Assembly (NCBI GenBank): GCA_028704975.1
Contig: JAQWEK010000001.1
Span: 29,038-93,037 of the forward strand
Source: Bacteroidales bacterium
Lineage (GTDB): Bacteria > Bacteroidota > Bacteroidia > Bacteroidales > UBA932
Direction: 5' to 3'
DNA: 64,000 bases
Below are positions 1 through 10,544 of the stretch, piece after piece; within the stretch, counting starts at the first letter, position 1, and every line of letters starts with the position of its first letter. The notes beneath the pieces are model-generated. The model was not told the origin of the DNA, did no database searches, and saw only the letters and a list, made by a program, of their open reading frames with translations. The position numbers were made by a program, and so were the translations under genes.

Positions 1-19
1 GAAAAAAGCGGATGAAAAT

Positions 20-1564
20 TTGTGGCGGTTCAATAAAAAGTTCCGTTACGATTTTTGGAAACACTTTGAGACTTTCTCTGTACAGGAGTCTGAAAGTATT
101 CTAGTTGCCGTCAGCGGTGGTGTAGATTCTATGTGCCTTTTAAATCTTCTTTATGATTTATCATTCCTAAGAGATTCTCCGGAATATCCCAACTTTAATC
201 TTGCAATCGCTCATGTGAATTTTTCTCTGAGAGGTAAGGATAGCGATGCCGATGAGGCGCTTGTTAGAGCTTGGTCAAGAGAGCATCTTGTAAAATTATA
301 TGTCAAGAAGTTTGATACCATGTATTATGCAAAGAGGCACTCTCTTTCAATAGAGATGGCTGCAAGAGATTTGCGTTATAAGTGGTTTTACAAATTGATG
401 ACAGAGCACAAGTATAATTACCTTGCGGTTGCTCACAATGCAAATGATAATGCAGAGACATTGTTGCTTAACTTGGTTAGAGGGACCGGCATAAAGGGTT
501 TGCAGGGTATCAGAGAGAAAAGAGACGTCTTCCGAGATGATTACACGTTCGGGTACAGTATAATAAGACCTCTTATGATTTTCCAGCGTTCTGAAATAGA
601 GGAATATGTTCAGAAAAACGGCATAAAATATAGAACGGATAAAACAAACCGATTGAGTGAGTTTGCACGCAACAGAATTCGTAATGAAGTAATGCCTCAT
701 TTGGAGAAGATAAATCCTGCCGTAATAAAGATTCTCAATAGAGATATCAAATATTTTACAATGACATGTGGTATTGTAAATGAGATGGCCCGCAAGAAAA
801 TGAAAGAGTTGTGCGTTAATGCCGAGGAAGTAGGAGGACCCGATTATCTTGGGTTTAGGAAGGAATATATGGTTACGGCGATCTCTGTGGAAACATTAAA
901 AGATGAGAGATATCACAAGTATTGGATGTATGAAATTCTTCAGAATTACGGGTTTAACATTACACAAATAGACGATATTTTAATATTGCTGGATGCCATG
1001 ATTGAAAAGGAGCACAGCAGATTTGTAAAGAAGGATGAACTGGATTCAGGTGAGATGTTGAGCGATGGCTGTACCAGGGGAGCAAAGAATGGTATTAGTA
1101 CAAAAATCTTTGAATCAAGTGATTATATGCTCGCTGCAGAAAGAGGTTATTTAAAAATTTACTACAAGAGCGTAAAAGACAATATTCCCGACAGAAAATT
1201 GGAGAAATTCTCAGACTTCTATGAATTTACATATGGAAGACTCACGGTCCATTTGAGAATTGCAGACAATAATGCAGGAATACCTCAGAGCGAAAAAGGT
1301 CTGCTGCTGGATGCGGATAAAGTCCCTGTTCCTTTGGTGTGCAGGAAGTTAAAAGAGGGAGATAAATTTTCGCCTTATGGACTTCACGGTACAAAGGGAG
1401 TGGCTGATTATTTGAACGGCAAAAAAATTGACACGCTTTTCAAATGCGTTGTACCAATAATTGCATCCGGCAGTAAGATAGTTTGCCTGCCGGGCCTTGA
1501 GATAGATGACCGTTACAAAGTTACTCCTCAGACCAAGAAGGTTCTGATAGTCGATGTGATATAA
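20..1564 (+). CDS. tilS: tRNA(Ile)-lysidine synthetase TilS
   Basis: 514-aa ORF with the N-terminal PP-loop ATPase motif SGGVDS (LVAVSGGVDSMCLL) and a TilS-like layout. The listed start is TTG at 20. The frame stays open to the window edge, so the true start may lie upstream. Confidence 0.85.
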   Translation: MWRFNKKFRYDFWKHFETFSVQESESILVAVSGGVDSMCLLNLLYDLSFLRDSPEYPNFNLAIAHVNFSLRGKDSDADEALVRAWSREHLVKLYVKKFDTMYYAKRHSLSIEMAARDLRYKWFYKLMTEHKYNYLAVAHNANDNAETLLLNLVRGTGIKGLQGIREKRDVFRDDYTFGYSIIRPLMIFQRSEIEEYVQKNGIKYRTDKTNRLSEFARNRIRNEVMPHLEKINPAVIKILNRDIKYFTMTCGIVNEMARKKMKELCVNAEEVGGPDYLGFRKEYMVTAISVETLKDERYHKYWMYEILQNYGFNITQIDDILILLDAMIEKEHSRFVKKDELDSGEMLSDGCTRGAKNGISTKIFESSDYMLAAERGYLKIYYKSVKDNIPDRKLEKFSDFYEFTYGRLTVHLRIADNNAGIPQSEKGLLLDADKVPVPLVCRKLKEGDKFSPYGLHGTKGVADYLNGKKIDTLFKCVVPIIASGSKIVCLPGLEIDDRYKVTPQTKKVLIVDVI

Positions 1565-1586
1565 CAACCTGAGCTTGAACAAATAA

Positions 1587-1618
1587 GAAAGCCGAAGCAT
1601 TGCTCCGGCTTTTCTTTT
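1587..1618. terminator. Bidirectional intrinsic terminator between convergent tilS and sppA
   Basis: Hairpin gaaagccg-aagc-att-gctc-cggcttt: 7 bp plus 3 bp with one internal mismatch. T-rich run on the plus side (tttcttttaa), A-rich run on the other side. Confidence 0.7.
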
Positions 1619-1638
1619 AATTCCCAGACCGGTATATG

Positions 1639-3426
1639 TTAATACGTGAACTCATAAACATAGGGCATGCGGGCATAGGTCTTAACACCTTTGAACTTTG
1701 TAAGGCTTTTATAAGCTTTCTTTATAAGTGCCTCAGGATCAGTTAGAACTTTTGACGCCTCATCGCCATCCCCTAAGTTGTTGAACTTGGCCAGCAAATT
1801 TTCTTCCAGACTCTTGACAGATGGATAATCAACTGTTTTGTAGCTGGAAAGTTTAGCGTACTTAGCTGCAAATGCAACTGCATCATCAAGTCCGCCAATG
1901 TAATCCGCAAGATTTTTCTGTACGCCGTCAACCCCCGTCCAAACTCTGCCCTGTCCAATAGAATCTACATAGGCAACGGGAAGTTTTCTTCCGTCCGCTG
2001 CTATACGTGTGAACTGTGAATAGATCTTCTCTACAAATTGCTGCATATAGGCCTGCTCCTCCGGTTTAAGCGGGGAAACCCCGGTGCCCATTGTTGAGTG
2101 AGCGTTCGTTCCAATTGACACGGTATTAATATTCAAATGTTCTTTAAGACCTTTGCCGTAATTAAATGATAATGAGAAAACCCCAATGGAACCCGTAAGG
2201 GTCGTGGCGTCTGTGAAGATCTTATCGCTCTGTGCGGAAATCCAATACCCTCCGCTTGCCGCATAATCTCCGTAACTGCAGATTATAGGTTTTTCTTTTC
2301 TAAGGAGTTGCAACTCTTCCCTTATAATCTCCGCAGCCTGAGCATCGCCTCCCGGAGAGTTAACCCTAAACACAACGGCTTTAATAGATTTATCCCTGCT
2401 TATTTTTTTTATTACAGGGCATAACTCTTTAACAGTTATTCCCTCTTTTCCATCCATTGTGATTTCACCCTCTGCATAAAGAATTGCTATCTTGTCTTTA
2501 GCCTTTGCATCAGATTTTACTTTTGCTTCCGCATAGTCCGCAAGTGAGACAAATTTTAAATTCTTATCATTCTTGACGCCAAACAAATTACAAAGTTTTT
2601 GGATCATGGCAGTATTTGTTATTGAGCTGTCAGCCAGTTTATTGGCAACCATAGATTCAGCATCCCATATCTTAAGATTATTGACCGCGTCATTAAAAAC
2701 TTCCGGTGTAATGGACCTGCTTTTGCATATAGCCTTTACCCATGTATTCCATATGGAATTCAGCATGACCAAATTCTGTTCTTTGTTCTCCGGACTAATG
2801 TCATTTCTGATGTATTGTTCTGCGGCAGCTTTAAATTTGCCGTGTCTAATAAGTTCAACTTGCACTCCCAATTTGTCCAGCAAATCTTTGAAAAACATCA
2901 TGTTAGTTCCAAGTCCCATAATTTGAGCCATGCCGTCTTTATTCATGTAAATTTTGTCAGCTACCGATGCCATGTAATAACCGCCTTGTGAATAATTCAC
3001 TCCGTATGCAATTATTGCCTTGCCGCTGTTATGGAAATTTGAAAGGGCTTTTCTTACTTCTTCCAGATTTGATATGCCGTAATTAGGTGAGTCACACCCT
3101 GTTAAATAGATAAACTTAATAGCCGGGTCATCCGCTGCCTGCTTAATTGCGCGGACGGCATCATAAACTCCTAATGTACTTTCATTAGAGATTTTGAATT
3201 GGAGCGCTGCAGGATTAAATCCGGCAAACGGGTCATTTTTAGTCCTTTCTCCAACTTGCTTTGATAAATCTATTTTAAGGATGGCAGATGATGGAACAGA
3301 TGGTTCGCTCTTTTGGGAAAGCGCAGCAATAGAGCCAATCATTGCAATGACCAAAAGCCAGCAAATAAACAAGGCAGCCAGCGTACCACACAATGCTGCC
3401 AAGAAAGTTTTCCAAAAATTATTCAT
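1639..3426 (-). CDS. sppA: Signal peptide peptidase SppA, 67K (two-domain) type
   Basis: 595 aa. N-terminal TM helix followed by two tandem S49/ClpP-fold domains. The second domain carries GDYAASGGYWIS around the Ser nucleophile. Confidence 0.9.
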   Translation of the reverse strand: MNNFWKTFLAALCGTLAALFICWLLVIAMIGSIAALSQKSEPSVPSSAILKIDLSKQVGERTKNDPFAGFNPAALQFKISNESTLGVYDAVRAIKQAADDPAIKFIYLTGCDSPNYGISNLEEVRKALSNFHNSGKAIIAYGVNYSQGGYYMASVADKIYMNKDGMAQIMGLGTNMMFFKDLLDKLGVQVELIRHGKFKAAAEQYIRNDISPENKEQNLVMLNSIWNTWVKAICKSRSITPEVFNDAVNNLKIWDAESMVANKLADSSITNTAMIQKLCNLFGVKNDKNLKFVSLADYAEAKVKSDAKAKDKIAILYAEGEITMDGKEGITVKELCPVIKKISRDKSIKAVVFRVNSPGGDAQAAEIIREELQLLRKEKPIICSYGDYAASGGYWISAQSDKIFTDATTLTGSIGVFSLSFNYGKGLKEHLNINTVSIGTNAHSTMGTGVSPLKPEEQAYMQQFVEKIYSQFTRIAADGRKLPVAYVDSIGQGRVWTGVDGVQKNLADYIGGLDDAVAFAAKYAKLSSYKTVDYPSVKSLEENLLAKFNNLGDGDEASKVLTDPEALIKKAYKSLTKFKGVKTYARMPYVYEFTY

Positions 3427-3506
3427 AAGGTCCTCTTTTGTTTTGAGTCGTAAAATTAGAAAATAAAATTGTAAATCAGACTTGGTAATAGTATTTTTGC
3501 TGCAAT

Positions 3507-6167
3507 ATGAAAAGATTATTTGTGTTCATTTTTGCCCTGTTTATGGGATGCCATGTATCTGCGCAAGGATACATCAGGATAAATTATGCAGGTTATCTAC
3601 CACAGTCAAAGAAAGTAGCCGTATATATGCTTGCAGATACATCTGTAAAGGCTGTGCAAAATGCTGCACAACACTCTGCTCCTGTAAGACTTGCAGAAGC
3701 GCAATTTGATGCCGTTAAATTTGCCGATATAAATTCTGCAGGTAATTCAAGGTCCAAAAGCGGTTTCTCAATTCAAAAGACGGATGCATCAGATACAACT
3801 GACAACAGATTTTTTGTGTTTAATGCAACTACGGATTCATTGGTCTTTATTGGAAATGCCAAAAAATGTGACCCGTCTAAATGGGCTCTAAAGGAGGCAT
3901 ATAGGTTAGATTTTTCTAAACTTGAACTGTCGGGAGGATATTATATTATTTTCAAAGCGATTAAATCTCCTAATTTTAAGATAGATGCAAACTCTTTTGA
4001 CGGTCTTGCAGATTTTCTGCTGTATTATATGAGGCAGCAGCAATGCGGTTATAATCCTTTTGTTGATACTCTTTGTCATCAAAAAGATGCTTACATAGTC
4101 GATCATCCTACGCGCAATGGTGAAATGATAGATGTTAGGGGAGGATGGCATGATGCGTCTGATTATTTGCAATATCAAACAACTTCAGCCACAGCTACTT
4201 ATGATATGATGTTTGCCTATAATAACATTGAGGACAAGTCCGTATTTAAAGACAATTTTGATGCAATGGGCAAGGCCGGAGCAAACGGAATTCCGGATAT
4301 TTTAGATCAGGCAAAGTGGGGGCTGGACTGGCTGAACAAGATGAATCCGGAAGACAAAATAATGTTTAACCAAGTTGCAGATGACAGGGATCATATTGGT
4401 TTTAAACCTCCTCAATATGATATGGCTGATTATGGATGGGGGCCCGGCAATGGCAGACCTGTTTACTTTTTGACCGGCAAACCGCAGGGACTTGGCAAAT
4501 ATGGCAAGAACAGAACTACCGGAGTGGCCTCCGCTGCAGGTAAGTTTGCATCCTCATTTTCTCTCGGTGCACAGACATTTAAAAAGATAGATCCAAAGTT
4601 TTCAAAACTAATTCAGAAGAAGGCGGACCAGGCTTACAGTTATGCAAAGGAATTCCCCGGCAACACTCAGACAGCTTGCTATGTTTCCAGATATTTCTAT
4701 GAAGAGGACACGTGGGTGGATGATGTTGAACTTGCCGCGGCAACGATTTTCTCTACTTCAAAAATTCCGACTTTGGAGAAAGAGGCTGATTATTATGGAC
4801 AGCTGGAGCCAGTGTCGCCTTGGATGGAACTCGGCAGAGGGCGCCATTATCAGTATTATCCGTTTATTAATCTTGGGCATTATATTCTTGCAAAAGAGGG
4901 AGATGCAGAGATCTCTGCAAAGTATAAGGAATTTATGAGAGAGGGTCTGGAGGATTTAAGAAACCGTGCGGGGAATGAACCTTTTATGAATGGAGTGCCG
5001 TATTTGTGGTGTTCAAATAATCTTGTTTCTGCAGCCGTTACTCAGGCGGAACTTTACAGAAAGTGTACTGAGGATACAACTTATTCAGAGATGGAGGCGG
5101 CATTGAGAGATTGGCTATTAGGATGTAATCCATGGGGGACATCTATGATAATCGGGTATCCGCGCGGGGGAGTTTATCCTACACAGCCACACTCTGCATT
5201 TACGGTTGTGCACAGGGAAATTTCCGGCGGACTTGTAGACGGTCCCGTTTATTACGGAATTTTTAAGAGCCGTGCCGGAATGGGCATGAGAAAACCTGAT
5301 CAGACTCCTGACATTAACAAGGGAGCTGCTGTATATCACAATGACATAGGTGATTATGCAACAAATGAACCGACAATGGATGGCACAGCCGGGCTTACAT
5401 ATTATTTTGCATCTCTTGAGCAAGAAGGAAACAGGCAAAAAAATCTTGGTAGCGGAGTGGATGCAAAATTGGTTAGAGATCATGAAGGTGCAATTGTAAG
5501 GGTTGACACTGCGGCTAGAAATATTTATTTGATTTTTTCCGCGGACTCAATGTTTAACGGAGGAGAAAAAATAGTTGAAACATTAAAGAAAGAGAGAATA
5601 CATGCCTCTTTCTTCTTTACAGGTAATTCTCTTAGAATGCCCGAGCATAAGGAGATTATAGAGAAGATAATAAGCATGGGAAATTACGTCGGCGGACATT
5701 CCGACAAACACGTTTTGTATGCTCCGTGGGGTAAAAGAGATTCTTTAATTGTTACGCGCGACAGTATTGTTAAAGACATAAGGCAGAATGCTGCGGAACT
5801 TGCAAAATTCGGCATAGCGCAGAAAGACTCAAAATGGTTTTTGTCACCTTATGAATATTATAATAAAGAGACGGTAAATATCTTGGAGAGAGCAGGTTAT
5901 AAAACCATCAATTATACGCCGGGAACGTCAACGCCTGCGGATTATACAATACCTTCCATGAAGGAGTATAAGACTGCGCAATATTTGATTGACAAATTGT
6001 TCTCTTATGAGAATAAGAATACATTAAATGGGGCTATAATTTTAATACATCCCGGGATTGAGGCAACTCGACCTGAAGGACAAAGATTGTATAACAGACT
6101 AAGGGAAATTGTTGATTACCTTAAAGGTAAGGGGTATTCCTTTAAGTCTTTTAAAGATTTACAGTAG
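3507..6167 (+). CDS. Secreted glycoside hydrolase family 9 fused to a polysaccharide-deacetylase-like domain
   Basis: 886 aa. Signal peptide MKRLFVFIFALFMGCHVSAQ, then a CelD-like Ig N-domain. GH9 signatures GGWHDASDYLQY and DYATNEPTMDG. The C-terminal ~230 aa carry an HSxxH motif (GGHSDKH) typical of CE4-like deacetylases. Confidence 0.8.
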   Translation: MKRLFVFIFALFMGCHVSAQGYIRINYAGYLPQSKKVAVYMLADTSVKAVQNAAQHSAPVRLAEAQFDAVKFADINSAGNSRSKSGFSIQKTDASDTTDNRFFVFNATTDSLVFIGNAKKCDPSKWALKEAYRLDFSKLELSGGYYIIFKAIKSPNFKIDANSFDGLADFLLYYMRQQQCGYNPFVDTLCHQKDAYIVDHPTRNGEMIDVRGGWHDASDYLQYQTTSATATYDMMFAYNNIEDKSVFKDNFDAMGKAGANGIPDILDQAKWGLDWLNKMNPEDKIMFNQVADDRDHIGFKPPQYDMADYGWGPGNGRPVYFLTGKPQGLGKYGKNRTTGVASAAGKFASSFSLGAQTFKKIDPKFSKLIQKKADQAYSYAKEFPGNTQTACYVSRYFYEEDTWVDDVELAAATIFSTSKIPTLEKEADYYGQLEPVSPWMELGRGRHYQYYPFINLGHYILAKEGDAEISAKYKEFMREGLEDLRNRAGNEPFMNGVPYLWCSNNLVSAAVTQAELYRKCTEDTTYSEMEAALRDWLLGCNPWGTSMIIGYPRGGVYPTQPHSAFTVVHREISGGLVDGPVYYGIFKSRAGMGMRKPDQTPDINKGAAVYHNDIGDYATNEPTMDGTAGLTYYFASLEQEGNRQKNLGSGVDAKLVRDHEGAIVRVDTAARNIYLIFSADSMFNGGEKIVETLKKERIHASFFFTGNSLRMPEHKEIIEKIISMGNYVGGHSDKHVLYAPWGKRDSLIVTRDSIVKDIRQNAAELAKFGIAQKDSKWFLSPYEYYNKETVNILERAGYKTINYTPGTSTPADYTIPSMKEYKTAQYLIDKLFSYENKNTLNGAIILIHPGIEATRPEGQRLYNRLREIVDYLKGKGYSFKSFKDLQ

Positions 6168-6168
6168 A

Positions 6169-7029
6169 ATGTTCAGGATAATAAAAAAAGAAGAACTCAC
6201 TCCGCTTGTTTATCTGATGGAGTTAAAGGCAGACAGAATAGCAAGTTCAGCAATGCCCGGTCAGTTTTTGATTGTCAGACCTTCAGAGAACGGTGAGAGA
6301 ATACCCCTGACCATATGTGATTACAATAGAGGGAAGGGGAGTGTCACAATAGTTACTCAAATTGTCGGAGTTTCTTCAGATAAAATCTGTAAATTGGCTG
6401 TTGGTGACAGCTTTACAGATGTGGTTGGTCCACTCGGACGGCCCTCTGCTTTTGTGAAACTGACAGATGAAGAGATTAAAAAATTAAGTTATGTTTTTGT
6501 GGCCGGAGGTGTTGGCGCCGCACCGGTTTATCCGCAGGCAAAATACCTTCATGAGAGAGGCGCTAAAGTTGATGTGATTCTAGGGGCCCGCAATAAAAAT
6601 TTACTGGTGATGGAGGAAGAGATGAAGAAGGTTTGCGACAATCTTTATATCTGCACGGATGACGGCTCCAAAGGTGAAAAAGGTGTTGTAACCGTGATAC
6701 TTGAGAGATTATTGTCGGGAGGAAAACAGTATAGTATGGGAGTTGCAATAGGTCCTATGATTATGATGAAGTTTGTCACTATTTCTGCAAAAAAATTTCG
6801 ACTGCCTCTTACCGTAAGTCTTAATACTCAAATGGTTGACGGCACAGGTATGTGCGGGGCATGCAGAGTGAGCGTTGGAGGAAAAACAAAATTTGCCTGT
6901 GTGGACGGTCCTGAATTCAATGCATACGATGTTGATTTTGAAGAGGCTATGAGGAGACAGACAATATATCGTCCTCAGGAGTTGGAGGCTGATAGAGAGG
7001 CGGGATTAGAGTTTGGAGTTAAAAAATAA
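6169..7029 (+). CDS. PyrK/FNR-like FAD-NAD(P)-binding iron-sulfur protein (NfnA-like small subunit)
   Basis: I chose the ATG at 6169, 2 nt after the upstream stop; the track ORF starts at 6109 inside the previous gene. FNR-like fold signature plus a C-terminal Cys cluster GMCGACRV...FACVDGPEF. Sits directly upstream of its GltD-like partner. Confidence 0.75.
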   Translation: MFRIIKKEELTPLVYLMELKADRIASSAMPGQFLIVRPSENGERIPLTICDYNRGKGSVTIVTQIVGVSSDKICKLAVGDSFTDVVGPLGRPSAFVKLTDEEIKKLSYVFVAGGVGAAPVYPQAKYLHERGAKVDVILGARNKNLLVMEEEMKKVCDNLYICTDDGSKGEKGVVTVILERLLSGGKQYSMGVAIGPMIMMKFVTISAKKFRLPLTVSLNTQMVDGTGMCGACRVSVGGKTKFACVDGPEFNAYDVDFEEAMRRQTIYRPQELEADREAGLEFGVKK

Positions 7030-7052
7030 CGTAGATCTTGATTTTGAAAGTT

Positions 7053-8438
7053 ATGAGCAATAAGATACCGAGAGTTCCTGTGAGAGAACAGAATCCGAAA
7101 ATAAGGATAACAAATTTTAATGAAGTAAGTTACGGTTACAGTCTTTATGAAGCTGTGCTTGAAGCCTCTCGTTGTCTGAATTGCAAGGAGCCAAGGTGTA
7201 TGAAGTCCTGTCCGGTTTCAATAAAAATTCCGGCATTTATTAATCAGGTATTGCAAAAGAATTTTACCGAGGCTTATAAAATCATCTCTCAAGATAGTTT
7301 ATTACCAGCTGTTTGCGGCAGAGTATGTCCTCAAGAAGCTCAATGTGAAGGTTCATGTATCCTTGGTACAAAAGGAGAACCTGTCGCGATAGGAAAATTG
7401 GAAAGATTTGTTGCCGACTGGAGCAGGGAGAATAGCGTTAAGTTTACAAGCAAGGCTACTTTAAACGGAATAAAAGTTGCCGTAATTGGAAGCGGACCAA
7501 GCGGACTTACGTGTGCAACCGATCTTGCAAAAATTGGCTATTCCGTTACAATTTTTGAGAGCCTTCACAAGGCGGGCGGAGTGTTGATTTACGGTATTCC
7601 GGAATTCAGACTTCCAAAACAGGATGTGGTGGAGAAAGAGTTGGAAAATGTTAAAAGTCTGGGGATTAAGATAGAAACTAACGTGATTGTCGGAAGAACT
7701 GTGACAATAGATGAACTGATGAGCAATGAGGGATTTAAAGCGGTTTTTGTCGGCATCGGCGCTGGACTTCCAAAATTTATGGGAGTACCCGGTGAAAATC
7801 TTAACGGTGTATTTTCTGCCAATGAATTTTTAACAAGAAATAATTTAATGCGGGCGTTTGACCCCGATTCAGATACTCCGATTTATAAGGGACGTCATGT
7901 TTGCGTGGTAGGTGGAGGAAATGTTGCAATAGATTCAGCCAGAACAGCTTTGCGACTTGGCTCTAAGGTCACGATAGTTTACAGACGCTCAGAAAAAGAA
8001 TTGCCTGCGCGTTTGGAGGAAGTGCAACACGCAAAAGAAGAAGGCATAGATTTCCAATTTTTGTCGGAGCCTGTGCAGTTGCTTGGAAATGAGCAAGGAT
8101 GGGTAAACGGAGTGAGGTGTGTTCAGATTAAATTGGGTGAACCGGATGAAAGCGGAAGACGTTCTCCAGTTCCTGTAGAAAACTCTGAATTTATGATTGA
8201 TACAGATGCCGTCATTGTCGCGCTTGGTACAAGAACAAATTCCATTGTTGCTTCAACAACACCGGGGCTTGTAACAGATTCAAGAGGCCGGATAGTTGTA
8301 GATGAAAATGGAGCAACAAAGAGAGATGGCATTTTTGCCGGCGGAGATATTGTGACAGGTTCGGCAACCGTTATTCTTGCAATGGGGGAGGGGAGAAAAG
8401 CGGCAAAGGCTATTGATAATTATCTTAAAAACAAATAA
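7053..8438 (+). CDS. GltD/NfnB-type NADPH-dependent oxidoreductase (glutamate synthase small-chain-like, homotetrameric-type annotation)
   Basis: Two N-terminal Fe-S Cys motifs (CLNCKEPRCMKSCP and CGRVCPQEAQCEGSC). Two dinucleotide-binding motifs (VAVIGSGPSGL and VVGGGNVAID). ATG at 7053 preferred over TTG at 7038. Confidence 0.85.
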   Translation: MSNKIPRVPVREQNPKIRITNFNEVSYGYSLYEAVLEASRCLNCKEPRCMKSCPVSIKIPAFINQVLQKNFTEAYKIISQDSLLPAVCGRVCPQEAQCEGSCILGTKGEPVAIGKLERFVADWSRENSVKFTSKATLNGIKVAVIGSGPSGLTCATDLAKIGYSVTIFESLHKAGGVLIYGIPEFRLPKQDVVEKELENVKSLGIKIETNVIVGRTVTIDELMSNEGFKAVFVGIGAGLPKFMGVPGENLNGVFSANEFLTRNNLMRAFDPDSDTPIYKGRHVCVVGGGNVAIDSARTALRLGSKVTIVYRRSEKELPARLEEVQHAKEEGIDFQFLSEPVQLLGNEQGWVNGVRCVQIKLGEPDESGRRSPVPVENSEFMIDTDAVIVALGTRTNSIVASTTPGLVTDSRGRIVVDENGATKRDGIFAGGDIVTGSATVILAMGEGRKAAKAIDNYLKNK

Positions 8439-8485
8439 TTATATTATTTAATTAAATTTTTTTTGACTGAATTCATTTTTTTGGC

Positions 8486-9844
8486 ATGAACAATATACAG
8501 AAACCCAGTATCCCAAAGGGGACAAGAGATTTTTCTCCATCAGAGATGGCGGGAAGAAATTACATTTTTGATACAGTAAAGAGTGTATTTAAAAAGTTTG
8601 GTTACAGGCCAATAGAGACTCCTTCAATGGAAAATCTCTCTACGCTTCTTGGGAAATACGGAGATGAGGGAGACAAACTTTTGTTTAAAGTTCTAAACAG
8701 CGGAGAGGCGTTTGCAGGCGTTATGTCTTCTGAATTGCAGAACAGCAATGCGCTATCGTTAAAAGTTTGCGAGAAAGGTCTGAGATATGACTTGACGGTT
8801 CCGTTTGCACGTTACGTTGTTCAGCATCAAAATGAAATTTCATTTCCATTTAAGAGATACCAAATCCAGCCGGTTTGGAGAGCGGATAGACCTCAAAAGG
8901 GCAGATACAGAGAGTTTTATCAATGTGATGTTGATGTGATAGGTAGCAAGTCTCTGTTAAATGAATTGGAACTTGTGCAAATTGCAGATGAAATTTTCAA
9001 TAAGTTTGGCATCAATGTTTGCATTAAAATAAACAACAGAAAAATCTTGTGCGGCCTTGCGGAAGTAATTGGCTTCCCGGATAAGTTAGTTGACATAACC
9101 GTCGCGATAGATAAAATGGATAAGATTGGTTTGGAGGAGGTTGAAAATGAGCTGAAAGAGCGTGGCATAGATGAAAAAGGTATTGCCGCTCTTGAGCCGG
9201 TTCTGATTTTACAGGGAAGTTCCGCAGAAAAAATTTCCGCAATCAAACAAGTGCTTGCATCATCGGCAACCGGTATGGAAGGTGTGGCAGAACTGGAAAA
9301 ACTGTTTGATTTAATTTCCCACGCCGGTATTAATCAGCAAGTTGAAGTTGACTTGTCTTTAGCAAGAGGGCTAAATTATTACACAGGTGCAATATTTGAG
9401 GTAAAAGCAAAAGATTTTGAAATTGGCAGCATTTGCGGAGGTGGAAGATATGATAACCTGACGGGGATTTTTGGATTGCCTGATGTTTCAGGCGTCGGAA
9501 TTTCATTTGGTGCGGACAGAATTTATGATGTGCTTGGCGGATTAAATAAATTTCCACAAGAAGTAATAGAGGGAACTAAAATATTATTCTCAAATATGGA
9601 TGACGCCTCTGTAGAGTATTCAATCCCAATTGTTAAGATGCTCCGTGCAAAAGGAATAAACTGTGAAATTTATCCCGATAGGAGCAAACTGAAGAAGCAA
9701 TTTGATTATGCAGACAAGAAAGGCATACCGTATTTTGCAATAATTGGAGAGACGGAAGTTGCCAATGGGACAGTCAACATTAAAAACCTTGCAAAGGGAG
9801 AACAGAAAACCATGTCAGTTTCTGAGATAGATGAAATCTTCTGA
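8486..9844 (+). CDS. hisS: Histidine--tRNA ligase
   Basis: 452-aa class II aaRS. HisRS blocks [10 protein letters not shown] and CGGGRYDNL, plus a C-terminal anticodon-binding domain. Confidence 0.92.
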   Translation: MNNIQKPSIPKGTRDFSPSEMAGRNYIFDTVKSVFKKFGYRPIETPSMENLSTLLGKYGDEGDKLLFKVLNSGEAFAGVMSSELQNSNALSLKVCEKGLRYDLTVPFARYVVQHQNEISFPFKRYQIQPVWRADRPQKGRYREFYQCDVDVIGSKSLLNELELVQIADEIFNKFGINVCIKINNRKILCGLAEVIGFPDKLVDITVAIDKMDKIGLEEVENELKERGIDEKGIAALEPVLILQGSSAEKISAIKQVLASSATGMEGVAELEKLFDLISHAGINQQVEVDLSLARGLNYYTGAIFEVKAKDFEIGSICGGGRYDNLTGIFGLPDVSGVGISFGADRIYDVLGGLNKFPQEVIEGTKILFSNMDDASVEYSIPIVKMLRAKGINCEIYPDRSKLKKQFDYADKKGIPYFAIIGETEVANGTVNIKNLAKGEQKTMSVSEIDEIF

Positions 9845-9912
9845 TTTGTATATTGATAAATGGCTGTTATTTAACAGGTTATTCAATTATATCAAAATTT
9901 TCAAAGATTAAA

Positions 9913-9944
9913 TTTGCTATTTAAAATAATTCAAATTACCTTTG
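9913..9944 (+). promoter_or_regulatory. Bacteroidota-type promoter for the tRNA (-33 TTTG, -7 TACCTTTG)
   Basis: TTTG at 9913-9916 and TAnnTTTG match TACCTTTG at 9937-9944, spaced 20 nt. The tRNA 5' end lies 18 nt downstream. Confidence 0.45.
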
Positions 9945-9961
9945 CGGCACTTGAAAAAAAC

Positions 9962-10034
<73 letters not shown>

Positions 10035-10083
10035 CTGTTCTTACTGATAATCAGTTAGTTATAATTTGCACTATAGAAGATGA

Positions 10084-10116
10084 AAAGGTTTCCCGAACAG
10101 GGAGGCCTTTTCGTTT
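10084..10116 (+). terminator. Intrinsic terminator after the tRNA
   Basis: 11-bp stem aaaggtttccc / gggaggccttt (two G:U pairs), 5-nt loop gaaca, followed by ttcgttt. Confidence 0.6.
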
Positions 10117-10145
10117 ATAAATAGTTAATATTCAAGAATTTTTTG

Positions 10146-10153
10146 TACATTTG
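10146..10153 (+). promoter_or_regulatory. Candidate -7 box (TACATTTG) for the polysaccharide locus
   Basis: TAnnTTTG match 25 nt upstream of the receiver-gene ATG. No well-spaced -33 TTTG seen. Confidence 0.35.
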
Positions 10154-10177
10154 CTGTAACGCTATATACTGTTTCCG

Positions 10178-10540
10178 ATGAAGAAAAAAGTGTTGATAAT
10201 AGATGATAAGGAGTCAATTGCAAAGGTTATTACATTCTATCTTTCTAAGGATTACGATTTTACCTATTTTGACAATCCTTTAAAAGCGATTGCATGGCTT
10301 CAGCAGGGATCAATTCCGGATCTAATCATCTGCGATATTCGTATGCCTGAGATGACAGGCGACAAATTTCTTTCCTATGTTAAGAAAAATGATCTTTTCA
10401 AAAGCATTCCGGTTATTATGCTTTCATCTGAGGATAGCACGGCCGAGAGAATCAAGCTTTTAGAGGACGGTGCAAGCGATTATATTGTGAAGCCTTTTAA
10501 TCCGATGGAGATAAAAGTCAGGATTAAGAAAATTATATAA
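10178..10540 (+). CDS. Stand-alone CheY-like response regulator receiver
   Basis: 120 aa with a complete acidic pocket and switch residues: IIDD, ICDIRMP (phospho-acceptor Asp), MLSS, VKPF. No output domain. Confidence 0.9.
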   Translation: MKKKVLIIDDKESIAKVITFYLSKDYDFTYFDNPLKAIAWLQQGSIPDLIICDIRMPEMTGDKFLSYVKKNDLFKSIPVIMLSSEDSTAERIKLLEDGASDYIVKPFNPMEIKVRIKKII

Positions 10541-10544
10541 TAGA

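Noticed and set aside
3482-3709. 75-aa ORF overlapping the start of the GH9 gene in another frame.
   Set aside because: The overlapping frame encodes a proper signal peptide and continues for 886 aa with GH9 motifs. The short ORF has no support.
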